NCBI RefSeq assembly: GCF_001194135.2
Contig: NC_068982.1
Coordinates: 44,374,625-44,438,624 of the forward strand
Reading direction: 5' to 3'
DNA length: 64,000 nt
DNA from: Octopus bimaculoides
Lineage: Eukaryota
Of the stretch, positions 1 to 11,651 are shown piece after piece (the first letter of the stretch is position 1; each line of letters begins with the position of its first letter). The position numbers were made by a program, and so were the translations under genes. The notes beneath the pieces are model-generated. The model searched no databases. It saw nothing but the letters and a program-made list of their open reading frames with translations, and had not been told where the DNA came from.

Positions 1-125
1 AGCCTCGTGGAGCTTTTAGGTGTTTTCTCTCAATAAACACTCACAACGCCGGGTCTGGGAATCGAAACCACGATCCTGTGACCGCGAGTCCGCTTCTCTA
101 ACCACTGGGCCATTGCACCTCCACA
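1..125 (-). mobile_element. tRNA-derived SINE family B, 5' part (cut by window edge)
   Basis: Reverse complement matches the head of the copy at 53536 (tgtggagg.gcaatggcccagtggttag...ggtttcgattcccagacc). Confidence 0.85.
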
Positions 126-320
126 CGTAAGTGTATGTACATATAAACAAACGTGTGATATTAGTGAAGGATGGCAGAACCAGTAGGAGGTTGAGTGAAA
201 GTACCTTGTAGTAACTGAGTATGTCCCTTTACGTTCAGGATGACTTTGCAGTACTTTACAAGATCAGTAAAATAAATCTCAAAGTATTGAATAATCAATT
301 GTGAAATATATTTTGGACAA

Positions 321-550
321 AGGCGGTGAGCTGGCAGAAACGTTAGCACGACGGGCGAAATGCTTAGCGGTATTTCGTCTGCCGTTACGTTCTGAGTTCA
401 AATTCCGCCGAGGTCGACTTGTCATTCATCCTTTCAGGGTCGATGAAATAAGTACCAGTTACGCACTGGAGTCGATGTAATCGACTTAATTCCTTTGCCT
501 GTCCTTGTTCGTCTCCTCTATGTTTAGCCCCCTGTGGGCAATAAAGAAAT
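321..550 (+). mobile_element. tRNA-derived SINE family A, full copy with 17-bp target-site duplication
   Basis: aggcggtgagctggcagaaacgttagc...gagttcaaattccgccgaggtcgac (B-box-like). Perfect direct repeat aaatatattttggacaa at 304-320 and 551-567. Confidence 0.9.
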
Positions 551-559
551 AAATATATT

Positions 560-745
560 TTGGACAACATTCTTTAAGACAACAGGCTGTGATTCGAGGA
601 AGATTTGATTGTTATTTCTAGCAGATTGAGAAGCCACATAGAGGTTCATTCATTTGCTCGTCCTTATTAGCTTGTAGATGGGTTCGGTAACATTAGAAAA
701 TAAATAGGCCATGTAGAAAAATATGTCTGGAACGGGTAATGAAGA
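560..745 (+). repeat. Dispersed repeat, copy 1 (inverted partner at 1378-1575)
   Basis: cattctttaagacaa...gtagatgggttcggtaacattag...ctggaacgggtaatgaaga aligns by eye (roughly 75-80%) to the reverse complement of 1378-1575. Confidence 0.75.
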
Positions 746-891
746 TTAAAATCCTTGAAGGCAGTGTGCTCCAGCAAGGTCGTAGCTAAATCACTGAAAC
801 CAGTCGACAAATAAAAGAAAATAACAAAGGATCCATCTTGTGACTACGTCATTTCATTATGTTCTTCCTCCTTATCCACTGGTATTTTTAT

Positions 892-1207
892 ATTGGTTTC
901 AAATTTTGGCACAAGGCCAACAATTCTAGAGAAGGGGTTAAATTGATTATATCGACCTCAGTGCAAAAGTGGTACTTATTTTATCGACCCCGAAACGATT
1001 AAAAGCAAAGTCGACCTCAGCGAAATTCGAACTCAGTATATAAAGCCGGACAAAATGCCGCTAAGTTCGAATTCCGCTGGGAGTCGACTTTGCCTTTCAT
1101 CCTTTCGTGGTCGAGAACATAAGTACCAGTTGGGTACTGGGGTCGATGTAATCGATTTACTTCCACCCCCGAAATTGCTGGCCTTGTGCCAAAATTTGAA
1201 GCCAATA
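892..1207. mobile_element. Head-to-head pair of SINE family A 3' halves (minus 892-1035, plus 1068-1207)
   Basis: Outer ends tattggtttcaaattttggcacaaggcc / ggccttgtgccaaaatttgaagccaata are reverse complements with 1 mismatch in 28; both carry the gtcgactttgc core. Confidence 0.85.
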
Positions 1208-1377
1208 TTAAACGTGACAATCGCACCCAGTCATTAATTAAAACTGATATCTTTAACTGCTCTTTTATATTATTACACATTGACTCCCTACTGAAATCAT
1301 GAACCAATCCCTTTATGCTGTTCTTCATTTCGACGAACACCACTCCGTTCATGCATTCTTATTCAAAACACGACTGT

Positions 1378-1575
1378 CTTCATTAACCGTTCCAGCCATA
1401 TTTTGTATCCGACTTATTGTATTTCCTAATGTTACCGAACCCATTTACAACTATAGGGACGAACAAATGAATGATCCTTTGCGTGGTTTGTCGATCTACT
1501 AAAAATAGCAACTAAATCTCCATCAAATCACAGCTTATTGTCTTAAAGAATGTTATCCAAAATATGCTTGATAAT
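1378..1575 (-). repeat. Dispersed repeat, copy 2 (inverted relative to 560-745)
   Basis: Reverse complement reads gataacattctttaagacaataagctgtgatttg...gtaaatgggttcggtaacattagg. Confidence 0.75.
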
Positions 1576-2399
1576 AGAAAGACGAGTGGTCATAACAGTT
1601 ATGTCGTTGATCATGTTTGCTTGAGTAGGACAGACGTACGATTTTTGATTGAGCAGACCTATGATTAAGAACATTACTGTCTACCAGTTAGAGAGACCAT
1701 GTAGAAAGCACATTTATTTGGGTATTGCTGGTGATGCCAATGTTGTTGGTGCATGCAATAAGAAACTTCGGAGAGGGTGGGTGTCTTTAGGAAAAAAAAA
1801 ACTTTGTTAAATCTATTGGGAATCTTTTTTTCTAAATCTGAGTTTACTTCTGCTTTCAAAAATTTCACAAGTAAATATTCACACCAACCTGTGTCTTCAC
1901 TATACTACTGAGGATCTGCATAGTATTTCACTTGTTTTACTATCAAGGTTTCTTTGTTTTCTTTTTCTACTTAATCAATTGCTATTCTAATAATGATGGC
2001 TTCTTTTTCTATTTAAGAAATTATTTTGTTTCTACATCTTTGCTTACTTGAATGTTAATCATTTTGTTAAATCTGTGATCACTTCTGTAGCCATGATTTT
2101 TACTCGCTAATATTTGCACCAGTTCAGTTCTGTCTTTAAGAATTCTCCTCTCTCTTAATTTCAGTAGTTCAATTATTATGAAGTAAGCTTTCTTTTAGCT
2201 TTCTCAACTATTTCCTCCTACGTTAGACAGCTGTTGATGGCCTGTTTACTACGATTCCAACCCTAAATTATAGATCTAAATCCAGCTCTTATTATACATC
2301 ACATTTTAAACCCGTTTTTCTCTTTCTCTCCCTCTCTCTCCACTTATCTCCCCCTACCCCTCATTTTCCATCTAGTATTTCCCCAATCTCTATACAAAC

Positions 2400-3000
2400 T
2401 GTGCCCTTACAATGAAAAAGATCTTGCGCAATTTGGAAAGAAAATTTTTGAGAGAATTCCTCTTCGTCTACGCTAATATCTGTGATCTTCTTTTCAACCT
2501 TAGTAACTATCCATCACTTCCTAGAAATACAGTAACCACATATTATTTGCTTCATACAAAAATTTCTTGTATCCTAGCTATAACCTAACAATGCCATCTG
2601 TATTTTGTACATACTATACTCCAAAAGTGGTGCCTGTGCCTACATGGAATCGACTTTACCACACTGCTCCAAACTGTCCCTTTCGATGTTAACAATATCC
2701 AATTAATTTGGCTCAAGCACTCTCTTTCTCATTTCACTGTTTCTGTTTTTAATTCAGCTGTTTCAGACATTCACAAAACTTCTCCCACTACCAACAGTTG
2801 CGTCGAGAATATCTCTCCCATCTCTCACTGAAGCCATCATTGCCAATGTTACCCCAATACACAAAACTCTTCATGGCTTCCACAATTTTTGCACGCAGAT
2901 ATTAGCATAGAGGAAGAAAAAATTCGCTCAAAAGCTAGTGGCTGAACTGTCTGCAAAAGTTCGTCTTCTCCCAGACCCATAATCCTCGCTCTTTGAACGC
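2400..3000 (-). mobile_element. Possible highly degenerate LINE reverse-transcriptase remnant
   Basis: Minus-strand fragments TFADSSA (cf. LFADD) and FVYWGNIGNDG (cf. F.YLGS.I..DG); many stops and frameshifts. Confidence 0.3.
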
Positions 3001-3084
3001 TGTCGTTCTCTTTCTCATCTCCAAATGGCTAAAAACAACGCAACAGGAAATCAGCTACCACCATTAACTAGGAGGCTTTTTCTC

Positions 3085-3200
3085 ATCACGTAGAGCACAG
3101 GCTATACAAAGACTTTTACTAGAAGGAAAGATAAATGGCAAATGCTTGAGAGGGAGAACTAAAGCAAACTGGTTTGATAACATCAAGAATAGGACCAAAA
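3085..3200 (+). mobile_element. RTE-clade LINE 3' coding fragment
   Basis: Translates IQRLLLEGKINGKCLRGRTKANWFDNIKNRT, matching the RTE C-terminal LEGK..GKR.RGRP...W.DNIK pattern. Confidence 0.65.
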
Positions 3201-3420
3201 TATTGGTTTCAAATGTTGGCAGAAGGCCAGTAATTTCGGAGAATGGAGTAAGTCGATTATATCGACTCCAGTGCCTTTTGGTACTTATTTTATCTGCCCC
3301 GAAAGGGATGAAAGGCAAAGTATACCTCGGCGGAATTTGAACTCAGAACATAAAGACGGATGAAATGCCGCTTAGCATTTTGCACGGCGAGCTAACGATT
3401 CTGTCAGCTCGCCGCCCTTG
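3200..3420 (-). mobile_element. SINE family A
   Basis: Reverse complement of ggcggcgagctgacagaatcgttagc...gagttcaaattccgccgagg...ataagtacc. Confidence 0.85.
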
Positions 3421-4269
3421 GGGCAGGACAAAAATATTACAAGGTGAATGTGTTAGAATGAGAGAGAAAAAAATCGAATGGAGACCCTTAATATCTAACC
3501 TGCTGAGAGCTGGTGTTACCCTATGATGAGGGCGTTAAAAACCAGGCAACGAATTACATCAGCTATCCTTGTCGTATGAGTATAAATTGAAGTTTCTGTC
3601 TAAAAGGCAACGACATAATTTCACTGTAGTAATACTTCTTTATTCCTATGTTAATTATTTGAACTTTCAATTTCGTAGGTGTGTTGCTTCTATTTGACAT
3701 CTAGTGGGGGTAGAAATAGTCACGTAGTGATGTAATTGTAGTTGCTATTGTTGGTGTCATCGTCGCCGTTGTCGACAGCATTGTTATTGTCGTTGTTTAA
3801 AATAGATTTATGATATGCTGCGATGGGAAAAATATACGTTATCGATTTTTCTAATGAGACGCTTTCGGTTATCGATCTTCAAATTTTTTTTTTTTTTTTT
3901 ATAATGTCTATAAAATTGATGAAATGGTTTGGAACACAATATCGAAACGAAAATAATACATTCTCAACACTTTATTAGAATGCCAGAGTATGTTAAAGCA
4001 GACATCAGGTATTCTACAACGTACAGCCATAGCTTTCTAAAACACACATTTACATCCCGTCCATCTGTATGTCAGTCTGTCTATCTGTCTGACTCTCTCT
4101 CCTTTCTTTCTCATTCTTTCTCTCCCTTTCTCTCCTTCTCTATCTACCTACCTATCTATCTCGTACACACATAAACATACATCCCCGCGTTAGACACGCA
4201 TATATATTTTTACAAGGAAAAGGCTTGCAGATACAATCAAGTTCCGGCTATTTAGCTTTCGTCGGACTG

Positions 4270-4410
4270 TCTTACATATACATACTTATATACATGCAAA
4301 CACACGCACACATACGCGCATACATACTCATATATATATGTTTATGCATATGTATGTATGTATAAACATGCATGCATACATTCATATATATATACATACA
4401 TATATACATA

Positions 4411-4459
<49 letters not shown>

Positions 4460-4515
4460 GTACATACATATATATATGTATATATATTATGTATATGTAT
4501 ACATAAGTATATGTA

Positions 4516-4556
<41 letters not shown>

Positions 4557-4772
4557 NNNNNNNNNNNNNNNNNNNNNNNNNNNNNNNNNNNNNNNNNNNN
4601 NNNNNNNNNNNNNNNNNNNNNNNNNNNNNNNNNNNNNNNNNNNNNNNNNNNNNNNNNNNNNNNNNNNNNNNNNNNNNNNNNNNNNNNNNNNNNNNNNNNN
4701 NNNNNNNNNNNNNNNNNNNNNNNNNNNNNNNNNNNNNNNNNNNNNNNNNNNNNNNNNNNNNNNNNNNNNNNN

Positions 4773-4826
<54 letters not shown>
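4270..4826. repeat. (TA)/(TACA)-rich microsatellite, N-gap (~4557-4772), then (GA)n
   Basis: Direct inspection. Confidence 0.95.
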
Positions 4827-4832
<6 letters not shown>

Positions 4833-5579
4833 AGTGGGAAGGAGATTCTATATTAGCAAATATCTTTAATGCTGCTATAAAACAATGTTGGCCTTGTAAC
4901 TGCTGGGAGAGAACATACCAGTATGACAATAAAAGTATTGTGACTTCGATCTAATTTTGTTTCATTAAACGTCGACTGATCAACAGAATCGTTAAAGCCA
5001 GGACCAAATGTCTAGCAGCAATTATTCTAACCCATTGTCGTCAACTTTACTGTTCCTCATTCCAGGAGACAATAAATATAGTACCAATCGAGAACTGGGT
5101 GGTTTGTGCTGTCTTAGAGCATTGGTATTCGGATAGTTTATCCAAGACAACCACTTGTCTAGGCGACCAATGCTAATCTATGTCTGCTGTGGTTGTATGT
5201 ATAGGAACCTCGGTGCATTGCGTAGCAGGAGGACCAGTGTTAAAACGATTTTGTTAGAAAGGCTCGATATCCCTCCCACTCTCTTGGAACATTTTAAGCT
5301 GCACTGTGAACCAATGTGGCGGAACCATCTCTGTAGGTCTTTCCTCTAAGAATTAGAAAAACGTTAAGCTTGAGATCAACAACCTCTCCTCCTGCTTTCG
5401 TGCTATGCCAACCGTCCAGATAATTTATTGACTATGGTGAACAGGGATCGACGATTTCTCTACGACACAGAACAGTTTTTAAAGAGTGCCAAGATTTTGT
5501 ATAATTTCTTTGTCAATTGCATTATATATATGATACGATTATATATATAACATTTATAAATTAGAAATTTGCGTATTTC

Positions 5580-5770
<191 letters not shown>

Positions 5771-6075
5771 TTGTGTGTACGTATGTATAAATTGATAGAT
5801 AGATAGACAGACAGACAGATAGATAAACATAGACGCGTATGTTTATCTATCTGTATTCAGAAAAATAAACACATGCACGTGCGCACCCACATACACACCC
5901 ACTCACACACACAAACACACACACGTACGAATATATTTACATAAATCATAAAAATTACAGAATACTACAAAGAGAATACATAACTCCTTAACTCGATAGC
6001 TGTTTCAGGAAGCTCAGAAATACTTAACAATCGTTAGGTTCTTAATTTGCAGATGGAATGTGCATGAAGTCTTAA

Positions 6076-6148
<73 letters not shown>

Positions 6149-6689
6149 TGTATGTATGTATGTATGTATGTATGCATGTATGTATCATTGAAGACATTGT
6201 ATCTGGTAATAGCCGGTATTAATTCTTTATATATACGTTATATACATTTTATGTATAATATAAAAATTTGTCGGTTCGAAGATACATATCTCTATCATGA
6301 TGCATTTGGTATGAACCAGTCAACGATATAACATTTGGAGAAACATTTCAGTAGCAGATAATTTGTCTCGTTGACAAAGATATTTAATTCATCGAGTCAC
6401 TTAAATCGCTGGCTACTAATGGCAGTCAAGTACAGCAAACGGTTGGAATGCTGTTATCAATATGTTTTTAGTTTTAATTTTCCCTCACTTGTTTCATTAG
6501 TTTTACTTTGAATTCTCACTGGAACAAGTATTTGCTTTGTTTTTACTTTAAAATTTTAATGATGTTTTAAAGCAAATAGCACAAAAATAGTAACAGAGTA
6601 ACAAAATTTGAAGAAGAAAAAAAAAAAGAACGAAATAATAATAAATTAGAAATTATATTGGTTAAATATTGATTTCTAAAATTGATTCA

Positions 6690-6815
6690 TTTTGTCCACT
6701 CCGGAAGAATGAAAGACAAAGTTGACCGTAGTGGGATTTGAAGTCAGGACATAAGTGACCTTAACTAAATACCACAAGGCATTTTTGTCCGATGCATTTT
6801 ACACGATTCTGCCCA
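6690..6815 (-). mobile_element. Degenerate SINE family A head
   Basis: Reverse complement ggcagaatcgtgtaaaatgcatcggacaaaaatgcc...gacttcaaatcccactacggtcaactttg. Confidence 0.6.
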
Positions 6816-6980
6816 TTCAGTATATCTAAAATTAGGGACAAGGTTAAAAATTTGTAAGGAAGAGAAATATCAGTTTTATAGAATCCTCCAGTTCCATGAG
6901 TGGGATATGATACAAAGTCGACTTCATTTGATTTTATACTGAAGATATACAAGGTCGAAACCAAAACTTCTAGTACTGTC

Positions 6981-7050
6981 AGGCAGGAGTTCCCGACCAT
7001 CGGGCCACAGATCAGTACCGGGCCGTGTATCATTTGGTACTGGGCCCACA
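6981..7050 (+). mobile_element. hAT-type MITE terminal fragment
   Basis: caggagttcccgacc...gggccacagatcagtaccgggccgtg resembles hAT-Charlie MITE left ends. Confidence 0.4.
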
Positions 7051-7199
7051 GAAAGAATAGATTTTAAAATTGTATTTCTGTTTCATTGACTATCGCAGTC
7101 TGCAGTTGGATGCTATTTCATTGTATATGTATTATATCTAATATGTCTAATATGTAATAACTAAATTACATAGCTGTAAATTTCGTTCTCGGGTTGAGT

Positions 7200-7340
7200 A
7201 GACTCACAGGGCCAGTTTCGCGGTTTCCATGTCGTATATATTCCCCACCTGGATGGGCCTACACATCGCCCGGACCAGGAATCGAAACCACAATCTTACG
7301 ATCACGAGTCTAACATCCTAATCACCGAGCCACGTGCATC
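7200..7340 (-). mobile_element. tRNA-derived SINE head, degenerate
   Basis: Reverse complement gtggctcggtgattaggatgttagactcgtgatcgtaagattgtggtttcgattcctggtccggg has A/B-box-like motifs. Confidence 0.65.
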
Positions 7341-7487
7341 GAATTAAATTATATATTATACACTTTATTGCGTTTTGTTAGGTACATTATACTCCGGTCG
7401 GTGGAAAAAAATTGTTACATGAAACTGGTCTATGGTGCAAAAAAGAGACTGAGGACAGCTGATATAAGACATCTAACCCAGAGCATA

Positions 7488-7652
7488 CTGGTTTTAGTGT
7501 ACCTGAGCCTTGCATATTACTAAGGTACTATAAAATGAACTAAATTCTGGTGTACCAGACCCTTGCATATAGCTAAAGTATTATAAAGTAAACTACGTTC
7601 TGATGTACCAGAGCCTTGCATATTACAGAAGTACTATAAAGTAAACTAAATT
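7488..7652. repeat. Minisatellite, about 3 copies of a ~52-bp unit
   Basis: Unit ctg(g/a)tgtacc(a/t)ga(g/c)ccttgcatat...gta(c/t)tataaa..aacta repeated three times. Confidence 0.85.
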
Positions 7653-7932
7653 GTTTTATTATTTTCTCACGACATAAAGCCGAGTCTTTGATCTGAAATA
7701 TGATTTCCGGTAGTAGCTGGTTCAGTTCACATATACCATTAATATTCTTGAGAAAGATATGACTGTCAAATAATTTCATTATGTTTTTTTCCTATAAATG
7801 TGTGCAGTCTTCAGCCCAACTAACAACTTAATACCGTTGTAATCAGTATAGTTACGCCCTCAGAAAAATAGAATATTATTATATAAGCAAACTTTGAAAT
7901 AATTTTTAGTTTATATTATCAACAATGTATTT

Positions 7933-7982
<50 letters not shown>

Positions 7983-8804
7983 GAACATCATGTGTGTGTG
8001 TGTGTGTGTGTCCCCGCATGTGCGTATAAGTATGAGTGTGTGTGTGTGCGTGCGTGCGTGTGTGTACACACACANNNNNNNNNNNNNNNNNNNNNNNNNN
8101 NNNNNNNNNNNNNNNNNNNNNNNNNNNNNNNNNNNNNNNNNNNNNNNNNNNNNNNNNNNNNNNNNNNNNNNNNNNNNNNNNNNNNNNNNNNNNNNNNNNN
8201 NNNNNNNNNNNNNNNNNNNNNNNNNNNNNNNNNNNNNNNNNNNNNNNNNNNNNNNNNNNNNNNNNNNNNNNNNNNNNNNNNNNNNNNNNNNNNNNNNNNN
8301 NNNNNNNNNNNNNNNNNNNNNNNNNNNNNNNNNNNNNNNNNNNNNNNNNNNNNNNNNNNNNNNNNNNNNNNNNNNNNNNNNNNNNNNNNNNNNNNNNNNN
8401 NNNNNNNNNNNNNNNNNNNNNNNNNNNNNNNNNNNNNNNNNNNNNNNNNNNNNNNNNNNNNNNNNNNNNNNNNNNNNNNNNNNNNNNNNNNNNNNNNNNN
8501 NNNNNNNNNNNNNNNNNNNNNNNNNNNNNNNNNNNNNNNNNNNNNNNNNNNNNNNNNNNNNNNNNNNNNNNNNNNNNNNNNNNNNNNNNNNNNNNNNNNN
8601 NNNNNNNNNNNNNNNNNNNNNNNNNNNNNNNNNNNNNNNNNNNNNNNNNNNNNNNNNNNNNNNNNNNNNNNNGAGAGAGAGAGAGGGAGAGAGAGAGAGG
8701 GAGAGAAGATAGATACAGATATTTGTGATATATTTATATTTATAACTATATGTATACACATGCATAATACATACATAAACACAAATATTTATAACAAAAT
8801 AGGA

Positions 8805-9290
8805 AGAGCTGTGTGGAAGAAGCATATAAGAGAAGGTTGTAAAACTTTTGAAGATGGTCACCTTGAGCACGAAATCCTAAAGCGATGGCTTCGGGGGCGG
8901 GGACTGTAATCAAAACCTCAATGAGAACTCCTTTCGGAGGTTGAGTTTGCCAACCATTTGGAGTCCAATGAAAGACCAACTGTATGCAACGCCCTTCCAT
9001 CTAGACCGGATGGTTCGACGTGTGTAGTGTGTGAAAGGGCTGGCAAATCCATGACGGTTCACAGTTATCATATCTCACAGAATCTCTCCAGTGGCAGTTA
9101 CAGCTTTCGTCTGTCACCTAAGCTTCAAACCATACAGATCTGCAGTGGGACTGAACAGTCATTTGAGAGGTCATGGAGGAAAGATCCGAAATGCTATTGA
9201 CAACGAGGAAGCTCAGAAATACAGTAATCATCCGTGAAGATAGAACAATCACCATGTATGTGTAAAGAATGCAAACCTTTTTCCTGAGAA
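8805..9290 (+). mobile_element. RTE-clade LINE 3' end with C2H2-like zinc-finger remnants
   Basis: AVWKKHIREGCKTFEDGHLEHEILKRWLR, then CVVCERAGKS...H and YRSAVGLNSHLRGH (frameshifted). Confidence 0.65.
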
Positions 9291-9934
9291 TGGCATGAGG
9301 GAATTTCTTTCTTATGGCTAGCGTGATCGTGCCTGCTTCTCAAAGGTAGGCCTACTCAGTTATAGCTATGGCCACAAAGGACCCTCCGTCTACCAAAGTG
9401 TATTCAACATGATCTCTTGTGCACTTTGTGTAGCACAGTTTATGCGTCAACCAGTGAACTCGCTTAGTGTTATAGGTCTTAATATCTTAATGGTCAGACA
9501 GCTGCTGGGAGGCGGGGTCCTGTGGTTAGTGTGGAATGCCTTGTTAGTCCCTTGGAGGCCTTGGAAGCCATATGGGACGTCGAAGCTTGAGATATTTCTT
9601 AGGGTAAAATAGGCCTAGGAAGTGGTCTTGCTCGGTCACGAGTCGACTTTCAGTCTCTAGGAGGTCATTCTGATATGAAACCAGATATGCAAGGAATGAC
9701 ATGGAGCATATTATGGATCTTTTGCTTGCGGTTGAGATCATGACGTTCCCACAATCTTGGGCCTGCGACTGTTATTGGCATAAGATATCTGGCCCCGGCT
9801 TGTCTCTGAATTATATCAATAGGGTGGAGAGGGCCTGTGAGGTGCTGTGCATGCCTTATTGGATTTAAAATTTTAGGTTGTGCAATTACCGGCGAGGCAC
9901 CTATCCGATACCCGGTTGAATAGGAGGACACCGT

Positions 9935-10075
9935 GGCGAAAGAGACCGATAGAATAAGTACCGGGCTTTAAAAAAAAGAAATAAGTACTGGGGTTGATTA
10001 GTCCGACTAAAATTTCCAAAGGCGGTGCTCCAGCTTGGCCGCAGTCCAATGACTAAAACGAGTAAAAGACAAAAG
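9935..10075 (+). mobile_element. SINE 3' tail module (shared with family C)
   Basis: aaagagaccgatagaataagtacc...aaggcggtgctccagc.tggccgcagtc.aatgact matches the 3' end of 59945-60321. Confidence 0.8.
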
Positions 10076-10094
10076 ATGATAAACATAAAGTAAA

Positions 10095-10570
10095 TCAGTG
10101 CTACTCAAAGTGGTGGTCCGCGGACCGGTGCCATTTCCGGTGAGTTTCCAGAAAGGAAAGAAACATTATAAAATGCTTATAAAATGCTTATGTGATTAAT
10201 ATTGTATTATTTGTTTATAAGATAAAAAAAAATTGCCTACTTTTATCATATTCATTATATATATTCATAAGCCATTTAAGAAACACACAAAAACCGTTTG
10301 ATTCACTTCAACATTCAAATTTAATTTGCCAAAATATTTTCGTCGCTTTGAAACCGCGACCTGTTCACTGACAGCACGGAATTTTGTCAGTGAAGAGGTC
10401 GCGGTCTCAAAGCGATGAAAATATTTTGGCAAATCAAATTTGAATGTTGGAGTGAATCTAACGGTTTTTGTGTGTTTCTTAAATGGCTTATAAACACCTT
10501 CCACGCTGCAATTGTTTTCGTTCCAGCACACGATCTCAGATCATGTCACTTGCCATGCAAGTACATCTCT
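10095..10570. mobile_element. hAT-like MITE with a 107-bp internal inverted repeat (10267-10373 / 10385-10491)
   Basis: Starts cagtgctactcaaagtggtggtccgcggaccgg (hAT-like end). Arms differ at 6 of 107 positions, 11-nt spacer. Right end not seen (gap at ~10609). Confidence 0.65.
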
Positions 10571-11360
10571 GTAATTATATATATAGTTTCCGGTATAAAT
10601 TAATATTANNNNNNNNNNNNNNNNNNNNNNNNNNNNNNNNNNNNNNNNNNNNNNNNNNNNNNNNNNNNNNNNNNNNNNNNNNNNNNNNNNNNNNNNNNNN
10701 NNNNNNNNNNNNNNNNNNNNNNNNNNNNNNNNNNNNNNNNNNNNNNNNNNNNNNNNNNNNNNNNNNNNNNNNNNNNNNNNNNNNNNNNNNNNNNNNNNNN
10801 NNNNNNNNNNNNNNNNNNNNNNNNNNNNNNNNNNNNNNNNNNNNNNNNNNNNNNNNNNNNNNNNNNNNNNNNNNNNNNNNNNNNNNNNNNNNNNNNNNNN
10901 NNNNNNNNNNNNNNNNNNNNNNNNNNNNNNNNNNNNNNNTATACACACACACACACACACACCATACACCACACATATATATATACACACACACACACAC
11001 ACACCATACACCACACATATATATATACACACACACACACACCATACACCACACATACACACACATACACATACATACTTCTACATACATACTTCTACAT
11101 ACATACGCACATGCACACATACATAATTACATTCACACACATACATACATATACATGCATATACACATACATACACATACAGATAAATACGTATATATAT
11201 ACATATATACCTACCTGTTTATATGTATATATGTATGTGTATGTGAGTGAGTATTTGTATATATGTATGCTTATATATATGTATGCGTATAAGTATCTAT
11301 GTGTTTAGGTAAGCATGTATGTGTGTGTGCGCGTATAGAAGTATACACGTATACACACAG

Positions 11361-11400
<40 letters not shown>

Positions 11401-11410
11401 ACACACACAC

Positions 11411-11505
11411 AAGTCGGAACAGTTGTAATTAGCATAACTTTTTACTTGTAACGAATCTTCAGTAAAATTTAATTTTTGTTTTGTAGTCCTATAACACCAC
11501 ATATA
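11411..11505 (-). repeat. 95-bp intronic duplicate of exon segment 11793-11887
   Basis: 4 mismatches in 95 bp; encodes YMWCYRTTKQKLNFTEDSLQVKSYANYNCSD; abuts a (CA)n tract. Confidence 0.9.
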
Positions 11506-11651
11506 CAATACAAAATCTACCCAATCAACATTATTTTTAGAGGTTACAAATCCTGTCTGAGTTAGCTAATGTGATGTGATTAAATTAAGAAAATAAAAAT
11601 ATATCAATAATTAAAGTGAAAACTTAATTGGATAATTGATTGTTTCTGTAC

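Noticed and set aside
6761-7033. 90-aa minus ORF as the next PKD/REJ exon (phase-2 acceptor at cttcag|T)
   Set aside because: No credible donor before it runs into a SINE; its ends overlap SINE and MITE sequence; it lacks the expected C-x2-N-C.
9300-9920. GC-richer block with 65-88 aa ORFs
   Set aside because: No motif recognised; probably an unclassified decayed repeat.
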